Positions 14,354 to 28,009 of a stretch of DNA of 64,000 nt are shown in pieces. Under the pieces are notes generated by a model. The model saw only the letters and a program-made list of their open reading frames with translations. It was not told the DNA's origin and did not search any database. This stretch comes from Botryllus schlosseri. Taxonomy: Eukaryota. The stretch is from positions 20,772,001-20,836,000 of the forward strand of contig CM119371.1 of NCBI GenBank assembly GCA_051294905.1. The letters are read 5' to 3'. Every line of letters begins with the position of its first letter. The stretch's first letter is position 1. A program made the position numbers and the translations under genes.

Positions 14354-17300
14354 GTAACATATATTTCGTAATATATGCGCTGCTTCAACTACGAAACAAG
14401 TACTACTATGCCAATATTTCATGTAACAATATTACTCTGACAACAAGGATATCTCAAACCAATACTAATATTGTATGAATAGAGATTTAAAATACCCGCT
14501 GGTGGTTTTAAACTCGCATTTGAAAACATGTTGCTATACTATACACTGGAGGTGTTGATACCATCATCATCCATAGTAAATGCGATAGCATCATTCTACA
14601 CTAGCTATTGCGGCAACGGTTTACAAAATTACTAAAGAAGTTGTTTAGTAGGGTTTGCGAGTTCCCATATGCGACATGGAGAAAATCCATGAAAAATATA
14701 ACAGAAAATGACGTCACTGGAAAAGTCGGACATATCACCATAATATCAGTAGGCGCTGCCTTTCTGAAGGGTTCTAGATCGTTTCTGAAGACCAAATTTC
14801 ATTATTATTATCATCATCATCATCATCAATAGCAGTTTACAGCATTATCATGAAGTGATTTTATGTAGTCTCTAGATCTTCCAGATAGATTTTACCCATA
14901 TTATATTTAACAAGGATTAACATTTCAGAACATGACAAACTGACTGACTCCACCGAAACAAAATTTCCCGAATTCTAATTTATTAAAAGAATTGAAATGT
15001 ATTTTCGGGTTAGGGTTAGGTAACAGAATGTGTCAAATCTCTCGTCGGTGGCGAAATATACACCGACAATGCTTGGGACATGTTACATGAATGCAGTGGT
15101 TTATTATAATTCATGTAAAATTAATAGCGCGTACTTTGAGATAGCCTATTCCCCGTTAAACACTTCCGTCACAATAGCTCTAGTTATTTTCCACAAAAAG
15201 TTTCGAATTATATGTTGTATTCTGCAGCACATAGCGTGTCGAAATCGAAGAAGGAGAAGGCACTTTACCACTTTTGTGAGTGAGAGCCCTTTGCGCATTA
15301 AAGAATGATTAAAATGTTTCGCTAAATACATTTGTATACAAGAACTGTAAAATTGAATCTTCAGAATATGTATTCATCCTATCATAAAGGAGGATACTGT
15401 TTAGTGCTGTGACCTACAACCTCACATGGACGTTGTATAATACACGTTGCTAGGTTGCTGTATTTGGAATGCATGTATGTAAAAGATCATAACCGGGTGC
15501 AGTACTGAATTCAATGAGAGGCAAGATCTCTACCATACTCTCAGTTGCTTCACCAGTCACACAAAGCAATAAATAAATCCAATACTCTCTCGTATTTCCA
15601 ATCGCAGCGATGAATTCAGGATGTGGACATCAGGCTCGAGCCAGATTGTATGAGTCCGTAACCGGTGGTTGTTTTAATAAGAACGACCTTAGTTTGATCC
15701 CCGATATAGCACACACAGTGATTGTAGCGATAATTAGTCGAGTGCTCCTCAGGCGTGATTAAAGCGCAAAATATTTATAATAGTAATGCCCGAAAAGACC
15801 GACCCCTTACCAATTTTTCACTACAGTTCATAAAATATGGGTGGGGGCGCCAGACCTAGGTAGTTCTTGAAAAGGGGCACTGCGGGAAAAAACGGTTAAA
15901 AATCATTGATAGCTGAAGACTCGAGCGTTCAAACTAAATAAATTTGACCGCATTCAAGAGCTACTGTCGCACTGATGTCGAAAGTACGTCTTAAAAAATG
16001 TAATCAATGCCATGGGTCCACCCTAAGTAGCCTATAAATTATGAAAATTGATATATTTTCGAACAATCGTGGTGAAGCAAAGATAAGTGTGCAGGGTGAT
16101 TGTGCTGCGTCACTGCAATTGTTCAGAACAATGCCGATTATCAAATTGCAAGGGTTATTTCTGAGTGGCTCAATTGTCCTGATCAGATTTTAGGGTACAT
16201 TTTCGGAAACAGGGCAGCAGTGGCTCTCGGATCAGATCATAATTATCTAATTTGAACCCTCGGGTCGCCAGCAATATAGGATTATGAATTGCGCCGCTTG
16301 TGCCCTCCTTAGAAGTGAATTTCTCCCGGCAGGCAATCGTGACGACGAGACTGGTGTATTTATTCAATAACCAAGTTCCGAGTAGCCAAATAGATGTTAT
16401 CGTGAGTACGCTGATGCCCGAAGCCTAGAAGTTATTAAGAAAAAAAAATGCGATTTGCTACACCTGGATCAATATTTTCCAGTCAAGAATATTTTGGTTA
16501 TAAAAATAAAAGCTTAGATTACTATGCTATAGACTACTGTGTATAGTTGCCGCGATATTACCATAACGTACCCATCGTATTGATATGAAAACTAGGACTG
16601 GCACCATACTTGCTTTGCACAAGTTACTCGACCAGGCGCGTCAGGGGCAATTATGACACACCCCTTATGGTTTTATCTTGTCAATGCTGAATAACCTTCC
16701 CCGTCTAGACTACTGGTACAATGCTTATTTGCTGATATTCTATCAAAACAAAATTAATCATGTTATATCTTGAAAGCCAGGGCTTATCGGTAAAACCGAT
16801 TTCAGTGCTGCCGTCATCTTCTATAGGCAATAAATGGGAACATCCGAAACGAAGGGAGACACCGGTCTTACTTAAGTTTCCTGCGTGTTTTACGGTAGAT
16901 TCTCATGTTGCTGACCAATAGCATAATGTCAATAGACTTCTATACCACTATATACCACAACCATTATTTTATAGTTTTGTTCGTAGATGACATTGTTACA
17001 ACCTCATACCGGTGTTACAATTGTCCTGGGTACGGTCGGGGTGCAATCATAAACACTTGAGAAGCGATTTTCAAACGCAAAATGTTCATAGTGTATTATT
17101 GAAGCAAGTTCGGTTTTTGCTTCTATATAACGCATGATGTTACTAGTTTCCTTAGGCAATAATTTGAAAAGTAAATATTTATGAAAAATGGATTTATCGT
17201 CAAAAACATGTGAAAATTGTTACTATTATCCCCATACTCCCCTACGTCTAGATTTAGCTGTAATCGTTTGATTTGAAAGTAATCGTAATCACAAGATCGA

Positions 17301-17590
17301 TTACTTTATGAAGTGATCAGCCCATGTCTGCTCTGTGTATAGTGACAGTCAGTCAGTCAACCCGCAAATTTATTGATCTGCCATGCACTACTGACTGTAG
17401 GCCTACTCATTGGTTTTTTTACCGCCCTTTTAGTTAGCGTGACACAAATCTATGCCCTATGTAAGTCTTGCATCCTAAACGGATGATACGAATGAGAGTT
17501 TTTATTCAAACAATAAAAACATCCGTGGAATAGAAATATTACTGTAAGATATTGATAAAAGGGACATGTCGATTGAGAATGTGCCTGCAC

Positions 17591-17984
17591 CAAAGATGGA
17601 GCGGATTTGAAATTTCTATGTCATAATCCAATCGAAATCCGAACCTTCAAATCCTAATTCTAAACCTAATCTATAATTTTCGTATATTCCAATCCTAATT
17701 CTGATCCTAATCCGATTCAAACTTTGAATTCCATTTAGAAAGCCCACATCTTATTCGTATAATTCGGTCAAAGAAGTACGCTTACTGAGTGGCAAAATAC
17801 ACGAAGTAGCTTTGGTAGGACGAGAAACGTTGGCGCCACTGGCCACAGGACATAAATCTTTCGAAAATACAATCCTAATCCATTCAATAAAAAATCTCAA
17901 ATCCCAATCCAATTCAAATCCGCCGAAATTTCAAAAATCCGATTTTCCCAAATCCTAATCCTAATCCATGATCATATCTCCTCT
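17591..17984. mobile_element. Probable MITE with AATCC subterminal repeats
   Basis: Clusters of aatcc/aatcct at both ends. TIR and TSD not cleanly resolved. Confidence 0.45.
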
Positions 17985-18777
17985 GTAAGTAAGAATTTCT
18001 AACTGAATTTCATAACCTTTATAAATAGTCAGCCGTCTCGCATCTCTACCGAGGACGCCTGCCCGTGTGAGTGCGTGACTTATGAAGTTGTAATCCTAGA
18101 TAAAGCGATACATTTGTTTTCTGATAGAAACTGCGGCAACTTGCGCAGCAATCGGATGCAGGCGAATCATGCACGGAAAACAAACCAAGGGTCCAGGTAA
18201 ATAGGCAAATCATACTGTGTAATCCACAGTTTCTTTAACAATATGCGGATATTGACACGGATAAGTACGCCTCCTCAATGCCTATTTCTGAAAAGATTCC
18301 GTGTCCGGTTTTCGAAACCGAATGGTTCTGTAATATTCAGTCTCAATAGTCGATTTGCCATACGTGGAAAATTACCGACATTCATGCAGATCAGTGACGC
18401 GCGGTGAGGTTCATGGTTGGTGAGGCGCTAACACCCTACCCACGCTTCCTCGCAGACACAAACACACACGTAAGATACCTCATAAACATACTCAAGGATG
18501 TGAATAGCAACATCAGAAAGAGAAAGCGGGTCGGCGAAAGGTTTTTCTCTCCACCTTTTTCACCGTTTCACTTCATTTTTACTTGAGTGGAATATTCACT
18601 TATTTTAATCGATTTAATAGGGATTGCTCGGCGGAAAGGATGAAAATATAAATAAAAAAGATGTGATTTATAGCACTAATTTCGGTTGTCTATTTTCTAT
18701 TGTCCTTTGTTGCAGGTTGCAACTGCATTTCGTTTGTATCGTACATGTTTGCACTGTCAATGAACCACAGCCTATAT

Positions 18778-20374
18778 CGGTGACCGGGAGCCTATGGCTC
18801 GCGAGCCATATATGGGTATTTTGGGCATAAGATATGGCTCTTTGCGTAATTTTTATTTTTGTGCCTAATTTATCTATATTGCAGCAACTTGTTATTAAAT
18901 CATCAGCACGACCAGTATAATTATTGTTTTGGCAGCATAAACATGTCTTTGAGAGGTTGATACAGTGGCTTGTTCGGGGTTAGGGGCTCGAACACCCTTT
19001 TCAAAATCCTCAAATTTAGATTGCTGTCGCGCCGGCGACCAATATCACTCCCGAATTCGATTTACCCACCACGAAATCTTGGATTGCACTATACGTTGAA
19101 TATTCAAAGAGAGTAGGATATGTGGCAGCACCTGTATGACAATGCAGCTTTCAAATACACATTATCTTCCTGATCTACGGTGAGAAATGAACTACCTTGG
19201 AAGTGACATTCGCAATTACAAATTCAAAGCTCAAACAACGCCATAGATATCCACGTTCTTGATTGATAACGTAGCTATGTAGTCGCTGTTGAAATATAGG
19301 CGTGTGGCGCAACTTTATGTTACCGCCGTATACTTTGTGAATTGTGAAGTCGAATCGGAATCAGTGCGACAATTACTTTCGATTAATATCAGTTAATATA
19401 AATTAGGGTTACCATATGGTGGAAATCTGAAAAGAGGACACTTTTTCCGAGTTTTCAGACTTGAAAAACTGGAGAAGAATTTTCAAAAAACGGTAAATTT
19501 TCACTTTGTGGGCGATAGACTAATAAAAGGTAAACTTTCCGCCCCGCTCCCAAAATACCCGGTGGATAATACTTACGATAAAATACTTACGCTGAATTGC
19601 GCTATTACATGTAAGGCATCGCCTAGCTGTGCGTCACATACGCCTTACGTGTCTTTTCACGCTTTATTTTCGAACAATAAATAGGCAAGTTGCATGATTT
19701 TGGTAGTAAAAATGTTCAAAATCTAGTAGACAGTTGAGGCACGGCGTCATCCGCCTCCCCTGACCCCACGTCACTGGTACGTCACACATTACAGTGCGTA
19801 TGTATAGCCTACTGCTGCATAGTGAACATGTTTGGCTCCACCTACGCATCATGGGTCCTGGCATTTAAGATTAGCATCAAGACGAACCTACGATTTCGTA
19901 TGACTGAAGGAAGTCTAAAATTTCATATGAAGCTTAACCTCAACCAGACTACAAAGTCATCAGGAATGCCATGCAACACCAAATTACGCATTGACTGTAA
20001 AACCGTGTAAAACGTAGATTGATACTATTACTGTAGTCTACGTATGTTGGAAATCTGAATGGTAATTGTCTTATCATACGCCACTCAGTGCAATAAAATT
20101 AAAAACATATACCTTGCAAAAGATCTATGTAACTCAAGTTTTGCATACTCATTACTCAAATAAAGGCAACCGGTATGATTAGTACGGGTTTTTACAGAGA
20201 AAATACGGAGCAAACGAGGAATGCCATTTAGTGATTTCGAATTTGCGCTAGCATGACGTTACCATTTTTCAATTGTGACGTAATAGTTGATTGACATATA
20301 TGGCTCTTTGGGAGTTCAATTCGAAAATATAGGGTCAATATGGCTCTTCGGACGTAAAAGGTTCCCGACCACTG
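18778..20374. mobile_element. Non-autonomous hAT element (family of 8485-9355, opposite orientation) with two internal insertions
   Basis: Perfect TSD gcctatat. Right TIR ggttcccgaccactg. Collinear with the reverse complement of 8485-9355 except for extra sequence at about 19404-19585 (begins tagggttacca) and about 19610-20175. Confidence 0.85.
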
Positions 20375-21184
20375 GCCTATATTAAGGCTATGGCTCTTAC
20401 TGCAATAACACGTGAAGAATTACAAGCGCACCATTTTACGATCAAATTCCAGTGGCTGATCGGGGCCTACGTAAGCCGTAGGTGCCTGGCTGATATTAAC
20501 CAGCGCGTTGTCGGCATAAAAAAGGTGCGTAGCCAGGGAGTTTCTCATTTATAACTAGAAATCCCGTCCTTTTGTAATGCCAATTCGCTAATTCGTATTA
20601 TCCATGCTGCGTACTGCAAATTAGCGAGAATCATTTGTGTGAGGAATGGGGCATCGATATCTCATGTGCACTATCATTAGTGGTTTGATTTAGCGCGTCC
20701 AGTCCGCATGCAGGCCTGCTACCGTTTGCAGAAACACTTTCGTCAAACAGTAACAAACTCTGAAGGTAATATATTGTGTGTGTACTGTTTATGTATCTTT
20801 TGGATTAAAACTTATGCCCGCGTCTGAGCAAATGGCGCTCGGTGGCATTGCCGAATCTTGGCATTTTGGTACAACTAGCGGACTCTGTAATTGTAAATAT
20901 TGCAGGTTTGCGGCATGTCTACAATTTCGCTATCAGCGCAAATTGGCCTGCCGGCTATTCAATCCGACAAAATTGATCACTACTATGTATTTCGCACAGC
21001 GTACTGAGGCTGATTTCAGTAAACTAACGATCCTCATTAAATGTACAAATTCGGGCACTTCTTCGTTATTCCCACACATCGAAAAGATGATCCCCATGAC
21101 ACCAATAAATGTCTCCTATAGACATTAACAGAAAAATTTATCAACGTCCAAATGAAATGTTTTTCGTGTTGGCGTGAGGTAGAC

Positions 21185-21340
21185 GGATATTAGGGACGGG
21201 GGAGAGTGATATTAGGGTGGGATAGGGTTAGGATATCCTAAGATTAGGGTTTGGGATATTAGGGTCGGGAGTTATTACGGACGGAGAGCATGGTATTAGT
21301 GTGGGTTAGGTTAAGATATCCTACGATTAGGGATGGGGAC
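21185..21340 (+). repeat. G-rich degenerate TTAGGG-containing repeat with an ~85-bp higher-order duplication
   Basis: Many (ta)ttaggg units. The block tatta.ggacgg...gatatccta.gattaggg occurs twice. Confidence 0.7.
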
Positions 21341-22789
21341 AATGTTCCCTCTAAGCTGCGCACGTGCGCAAATGCGCAGTGCTGAAACGGTCTCTGCGCA
21401 CAGAAAATCTAGGCTGCGAATAAAAATCCGAAGTGATGACTTTTTTTAATCGTTGCGCACTCTTGTCCGAGGCACCGCGCAGGCGCTCAGACTCGAGAAA
21501 AATGAGAGGGAGCATTGCCAGGGGTAAATAGTGCTATCGCTGAAGTCTGAAACCGAGGTAGGCCTACAAGTGCGGCCCGAAAAGGCAAATATTGCGCACC
21601 GCGAAACAATGAGAATATGCAATCGCGTGCGACTCACGAAAGAGATTTTTTTTACTATGGTATCGTACGCGTGAGCGATACTGATATCATATCAATAGCG
21701 CAATCCTTTGTGGGAATGGCGGAATAACATGGTTTAAAAAAGTTATAAATGACAATGGGCTAGCTCGAAGTTAACTGCGAGAAACTAACGAATAGTGTTC
21801 TCCGCGTGGCATGAACATTGTGTAAGATTTACTGTACAATTACATGCCGCGAATTTTCGAAGTCATCACTTCCATCAGGCGCATCTAATCACGTATGGTG
21901 ATATAGGATAATATGCAGAATATGCAAGTACAAGCAACAATATTGTTGAAAAAATCCATCCCTTTGCAAACGTTGATCGGGAAATGCAGCAACTATATGC
22001 ACTGTAGGGCGTTGCATTAGATCAGATTCTCAGCAGCACAGATTTGTGATTTTATTCGATTCGTTTGAACGGGCATCTTCTGTCGATAAGTTCATACGCT
22101 GATCTTGTTCTTGCTTCAATCAGACTTGAATATTCGTATCATTATATCTGACTGTATGTCTTGATAGTAATGAGGGCATTGCCGGTATTAAGACGTCACA
22201 TCAGTGTTTTAACGCGATAGGCCTACATCGATCGCACGTATTGATTTCAAGTGCGTTCTCGTGCGTGTATGTCTGTCTTCTAGTAATCCATAGTATGTCA
22301 CCATATCGTCGCAGTGGAATCAAAGTGACTTATGTCCAGATTTCAATATCTTTTGGCATAGCAGATAGGAGGTCACGAAATAGCATGATCTAAGGAAGTC
22401 ATTATACCAACGGGTACGCACGAAGATGTTGGATTATATTTAGGGGTCCTACCTTTTCCAACACATCTCACTCGATCAGCTTTACCTGTAAATGTGATTA
22501 CGTGAACACAGACAGGATTAAAATTGATAGCAATATATGCAATTCCCGATGATATGGACCAAATTGATCATGAATTATAGAAAATTTTCGGGCTTCGCGC
22601 GTTTAGCCGGAACGCCCACTAATCGAAAACCAGACATAGATGATTAGTAGCGGTGAAAAGCTTGTAGCCTGACGGGGGTCTGGGGGGCTTTGCAAAAATA
22701 AAAGTCGGCGTCTATTCCTTGCGTGTATAAGTTTCTAGTTGTAAAAAGTGGACACCCTCTCCCAGACTTACTACATAAAAGTGATTCAA

Positions 22790-23345
22790 AAATATGCTAT
22801 AAATTATTTCTATAATGGTTCTTTTCTCCTTGATTTGCATAACAAAGAGCTATATGATAGGTTAGCTGCATCTTACTGATATCTATGACACAATGGCTTG
22901 CAAGTAAGAACTTAAAGTACTCTTACCAAGCACGACCGTGTCCGAACAATATTTAAATGGATTGCTTTAAAAATTTTGTCGTTTAAATTTGTAATAGTTT
23001 CCCATTTCACGAACGCCCAGACGAGGCCGCCGAAAATTACATTTGCACAGAGTCACATTGTCCAGGCTATTGATTTTGCTAAAATCGCCAAGAGTGAGTG
23101 TTTGTACTACGCCACGTTTGCAGACGTCGGTGTTTTGGGGCGTGTTATTGGACTCGTTTTAGTGGGAGGGAATTATCGTTATGCTGTTTGACTTTTTGGG
23201 GAATATTAATCCCACATTGCATAAATTTCTTGCTATGAACTCAGAAGAATGTAATTTTTGACGGTCCCGTCAGAATTTTTGGCGGTCTTTGGCGGTCCAG
23301 AATGTCCCGGAATCAGTAAAGTAACAAATTTGGCAACTCTGTAGG
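22790..23345 (+). repeat. Uninterrupted copy of the repeat that is split by the hAT insertion at 8485 (about 8280-8484 plus 9356-9660)
   Basis: Shared collinear blocks acaaagagc, ttgcaag, tcccatttcacgaa.gcccag, caggctattgattt and acagctctg/caactctg. Confidence 0.75.
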
Positions 23346-24775
23346 AACTAGATTAGAAACCTTTCGAGTATATCATACTACTACCTCTACTGCCTGCCAA
23401 TTCAACAAAAATTATGAATGAAACTTTTTACTTTAACTTTCGCCAAAATCAGGTGCAACTCCCTCGCGATTCGACTGCAACTCAAACTTACCCTAGTCAT
23501 TACTCTAAATCCAAAAATTAGGGCACTCATTTACGGATATCAAAATATGCCGATTACTAACGAAATATCACTGAAGATCTTCGACTTACTAATCGTTGGA
23601 TTGATCAATCCAATGATTGACCGTGAATCCACATTATATCGACATTTTCTACTTGATCCAAAGATTTTCATTCGCGTTTTATGGATGACTTTTGGAAGGT
23701 AGTGCGCGGATCCCCGATGGATCCAAATTTGAGGATTTTGCTCAATGCAATTGCCTTCATACAAAGGCCTTTCAAATCTTATTCACATTTCTACCTGAAA
23801 TTTGAAACATAAACATAAAAATCGATAATATCATATATGCCAATTTTATAGTTTTAAAAATTACTTTTTGGGAGTTTTTGCATCTGGTTGTCGAAATGCC
23901 AAAAATAAACGTCCTGATCATAGCAGTACTGTAAAGAAAATAAAATGCTTCGCCAGTGGTTCCCAACGGGCGCGAAATTCCCCTCCCCCAGTGGCCGATT
24001 TTGAGAAATGAAGGGGAGGGAAATACCAAACAGCGCGACCGGGGTGACAGGGGCGAAAATACTACAACGTCCAATGATGTATATTTAACCAACATGGTCA
24101 AAAAATGCACTCGAAGCCGGCCGAAGTGAAGTGAAAATCCGGTACGGACGCTTACGAGGGTTGCATTAAAAACAAATGGTGTTTTAAAAGACTTTGTTTA
24201 AAACATGTTTTAAACAGTGTTCTAAACAATTGCCATTTAAAAAAAATTAGGTTGTAAAATTATGCCATAATTGTGTAGATACTTTCGAAAAGACATGTTT
24301 TATGAGCCCACGGACAATTAGCACCCGATATAGCCGACGTATATCGATACGGGACGGTCCGAGCCCTCAAAATAGTCGGTTCAACAGCAATAGTACATAT
24401 GTTTCGTCAAAGGAGCTATATTTACCCTATATTTTCAATTGTCAATGTCAAGAATTACGAATATCACGAATATCACGAATATTCAACTGTGACGTCATGG
24501 CTAAAAAAAAACAAAGAAAAATAAAACAATAAAAAACATGTATTAAACAACGGCCTTGTTTTAAAGATGTTCGTTTTAAATTGATTTCTGTTTCAAATGC
24601 AACCCCACTTACAGCCCTGCATAGGTTTTTGCGTTACATCGAAGCTAAATTAATGAAATGTTCATATTTATTTTACCAAATTCAAATTTCCAATGACGTC
24701 ACGTACCGAAGTTGACCCCTGAACCGAACGTAGCGACAGTGAAACGGTTGCTTTTAATTGTCTATTTTACATCAG

Positions 24776-24880
24776 GATTTACGAAAAGAAATGATTGACT
24801 GGATTGTGAACAAACACAAGATGAGCCTTCCACCTCTATGGATCGAATTGATGAATGATAAAGCAAATAGCAAAAATAAG
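24776..24880 (+). CDS. Exon F (105 nt): DLRKEMIDWIVNKHKMSLPPLWIELMNDKANSKNK
   Basis: Acceptor ttttacatcag, strong donor aag|gtaagc, phase 0/0. Confidence 0.75.
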
Positions 24881-25039
24881 GTAAGCAGTCTGCTGTACTA
24901 TAGCAAGCTGAACAGAATTCGCTCTTAAAACTGATTTAAATTACGTCTTTCGGGACTCCGATAACGATGAATATTGCGGGAATCATAGAATTGGATAGCA
25001 CATTTGAATTTCCGTTTTGAATCCCGTGGTCATAGTATT

Positions 25040-25175
25040 AGCCTTGAATTGTATATTCATATTGAAGTGAACCCGAATATTTTCGGCTGACACTCGTCTA
25101 GGGTAATCGTCAGCAACTAGTAGAGAATAAGAAAAAACATTGTGTATCAACAATCGTATCACAAAATATGACGTA
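25040..25175 (-). mobile_element. Solo 3' terminus of a Penelope-like element
   Basis: Near-identical to 28060-28172, including the hammerhead-like motif. Confidence 0.75.
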
Positions 25176-26008
25176 TCACTCTACAAAATGAGACCCTGTA
25201 ACATAGTCAGCATTCTCGTAATCATTTGTAGTTCCTTCCCATTCTTCGCATAGACTCTGAAAATTGAGCCTGCACCAGTTGCATGTAGGCCTAATCCTCA
25301 TAGCGTGCTGGAATTTATTTCAAGAGGAATAGTACCTGATGTATCGTCAAATAGATGGATATTGTGGGGAAGTAAGGTACACAGCGCATTGGTTTTACAT
25401 TAACGTCACTGCACAAATATAGTGTGTTCGAATTCCATCTATGCTAATAATGTACGCGTCGGAGGTTTGTCTGAGCTTCTCTACGCTGGCCTCACCGCAG
25501 TCGCATTATCTTCAAACGCCATGCGCTGAAGTTAGGCCGATCTACAATTCGTCGGCAATGATTCTAGTGAGGAATCACAAATCAGAGTGAGAATGCGGAG
25601 TGTACGCGAGGGAGAACAGAATACGTCCGAACCTTCCCAGGAGCCATACAATGTATCCGTAAAATATCTACCTGTGGTATTATCATTATCATATTCACGA
25701 TTCACAGTGAAACTGGCAAAGACCTACAAAATCCGGGTGTAATTTACTCCCTAATGAAAGATCATAGTTTTTTTTAAATTCAAGTAATAGAGGCAAAGTT
25801 CTCTTCCCATGCAATACATTGAAATCTCGGATTTCAGAATTACGGTAGCTGAATAATTTTCAGGGGGTGCAGAGGTTTAAATGAATAAACATAAAGAATC
25901 CAAATCACATATATTATGCTCTGAGTTCCCCTAACAAACGTAGCATATTGGTGCATTCAACGTCCTCTGAAGAATATACACAGTGACCAATAACGTGACC
26001 TTTTAGAT

Positions 26009-27572
26009 CAGAGGTCTTAAACTCAAATGTGCTCGCGGGCCAATTTCCTACTCTTGATGACGCCGCGGGCCGCACCACCAATAATAGGGGAATTCAATGT
26101 ATAATTACCTAGTAGGCTTATTTTACGGGATGGGATCTAAAAGCCTATTCTCGTAAAATCGTGCATATTGCGAAGAATATTTATCAGTTCAGGAAATTAG
26201 CCGAGAAAAGATTCCACTTTTGGTTGATTTGCAACATAATTTCAAGTTCTAGATAGCATATAGGACTATAATTCCACAATGCATCTCGCACCCCCTGATG
26301 TGGCGCTTCGTACCCCGAAGGGTCAACAGACCATCCTGGTTAAGAAACCCCAGAATAGAAATATCCAATTACCGAATAATCCATTGGTGTTACAGTTGTG
26401 GAGCGTACCACTACCTTACTCTCCACCGGCGATAATAATATGAATGAAGAGAACAAAGATCACCCAGGATGTATAACTAACTATGCATAACGGGAGTAAC
26501 TGAATGCCAATGGATTCCGTGCTGACTATATTAGATAGCTTTATACGCTACGTAACTAGGGCTTGGCACAATGATTCGAGTACACGAATCTGAATCGAGT
26601 ATAAATTTTAATGATTCGAGTGGAGTAGCAAAATAGGATTTTTCGAGTAGGGACATTATACGCTTTTCGCCACTGAAAGGTAATTTATCAACGAGAATTA
26701 TCGTTTCGATACTAACTTTCGCTGTTGAAGCCTTGAAACCTTGATTGGCGGTATCGTAGCATACGAAATATATAGTACAAAGCTACGAAGGTTACTGGAC
26801 GAAGCACATTTCCGAAGCCATGATTATGCCACAGCATTGTCACAGTGGAATGAAATCGGTACGGTCGAAAAAATACCAAAGTATGATTTATGAGATGTAT
26901 AAGATACATTATATTCTTTACGGTTGCATAAACTGTACATATTTGAACTTTAAAGTATAGCATTCCGTTATGACGTCATAATGAGTGATAATCGATTACT
27001 CGGCTCGACTAGAAGCATATTACGTGATTCTGAATCGAATCACTCTGATACTCGATTTTACCCAGCCCTATACGTAACGCAACGACATTTTGATATATTC
27101 GACTACTATTTTCCATGACAGCTAGTTTAACAGTTTGTTGCATAAGTGGTCGTAACAATTAGTCACGGCGTTCCGAGTCACACGTCCTTCTGTGATTTTA
27201 ACGTTTGATTAAACTCGAGTCATTTATGTTTTATAATCAGTCAGTCCGAATTCGAGTAATTTTACGAAATATTTCGCTCAATTCCGTATCACAATTTTCA
27301 GTCACGAATCGTCAATGGTTCGTGTTTTATCATCACGGACTAGAAATGTGACCTAATAGCTGATCTTCCACCGCATAATAATTTTTGAGAGTGATGTGAT
27401 AATGAAGTCTGATGAGATTTCCGGTTTTTGGAGCAGTTTTAGAGTGAACTCTAAGTTCTCAAATCGATCAAAGATATGTGGCAGTTGAATAAATTGTCAA
27501 ATACCTAAAAATTCAAAATGCCGTCGTGGGCCGCACAAAATGCTCTCGCGGGCCGCGTGTTTGAGACCTCTG
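26009..27572. mobile_element. Non-autonomous hAT (Charlie-like) element
   Basis: TIRs cagaggtcttaaac / gtttgagacctctg. Perfect TSD ttttagat. Reverse copy at 51587-52826. Confidence 0.9.
26557..27070. mobile_element. hAT MITE nested in 26009-27572
   Basis: TIRs tagggcttgg / cccagcccta. Perfect TSD tacgtaac. Absent from the sister copy (empty site near 52100). Confidence 0.85.
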
Positions 27573-28009
27573 TTTTAGATGGTGTCTAATGGAACTTTTG
27601 CCAGAATTTTTGCATATTTCTTATGAGTTTTTTTTTTGCTTACGATCCCTGTTGGACCAATGATTATAGGCACAGAATTTATTTTGCATCGCCGGATTTT
27701 TCACATTTCATTTGTTTTTTAGTTTGATCATCATGTCCAGGCGGTTGGAACTCATTTGCGCTCCGCTATAACTGGTACATCCCACAGAATTTTTACTTGG
27801 TCATTTTCTGTCATTGGTTCTGAAGGGTAATCATGCCAATTTTTTGTCGTGGTGCTAATGCTGAAATGTTTGAATAATTCAAGATGAATGAAGTGACCCA
27901 TCCTGTTGTGTCCCCATGTATAGGCTATTCGGTAGCTGCGAGCGCGCCACAGCCTGACATTAGTTACGCTACAGTTTCATTTTGGTTGTGGTACATTCTC
28001 TATTTGCAG

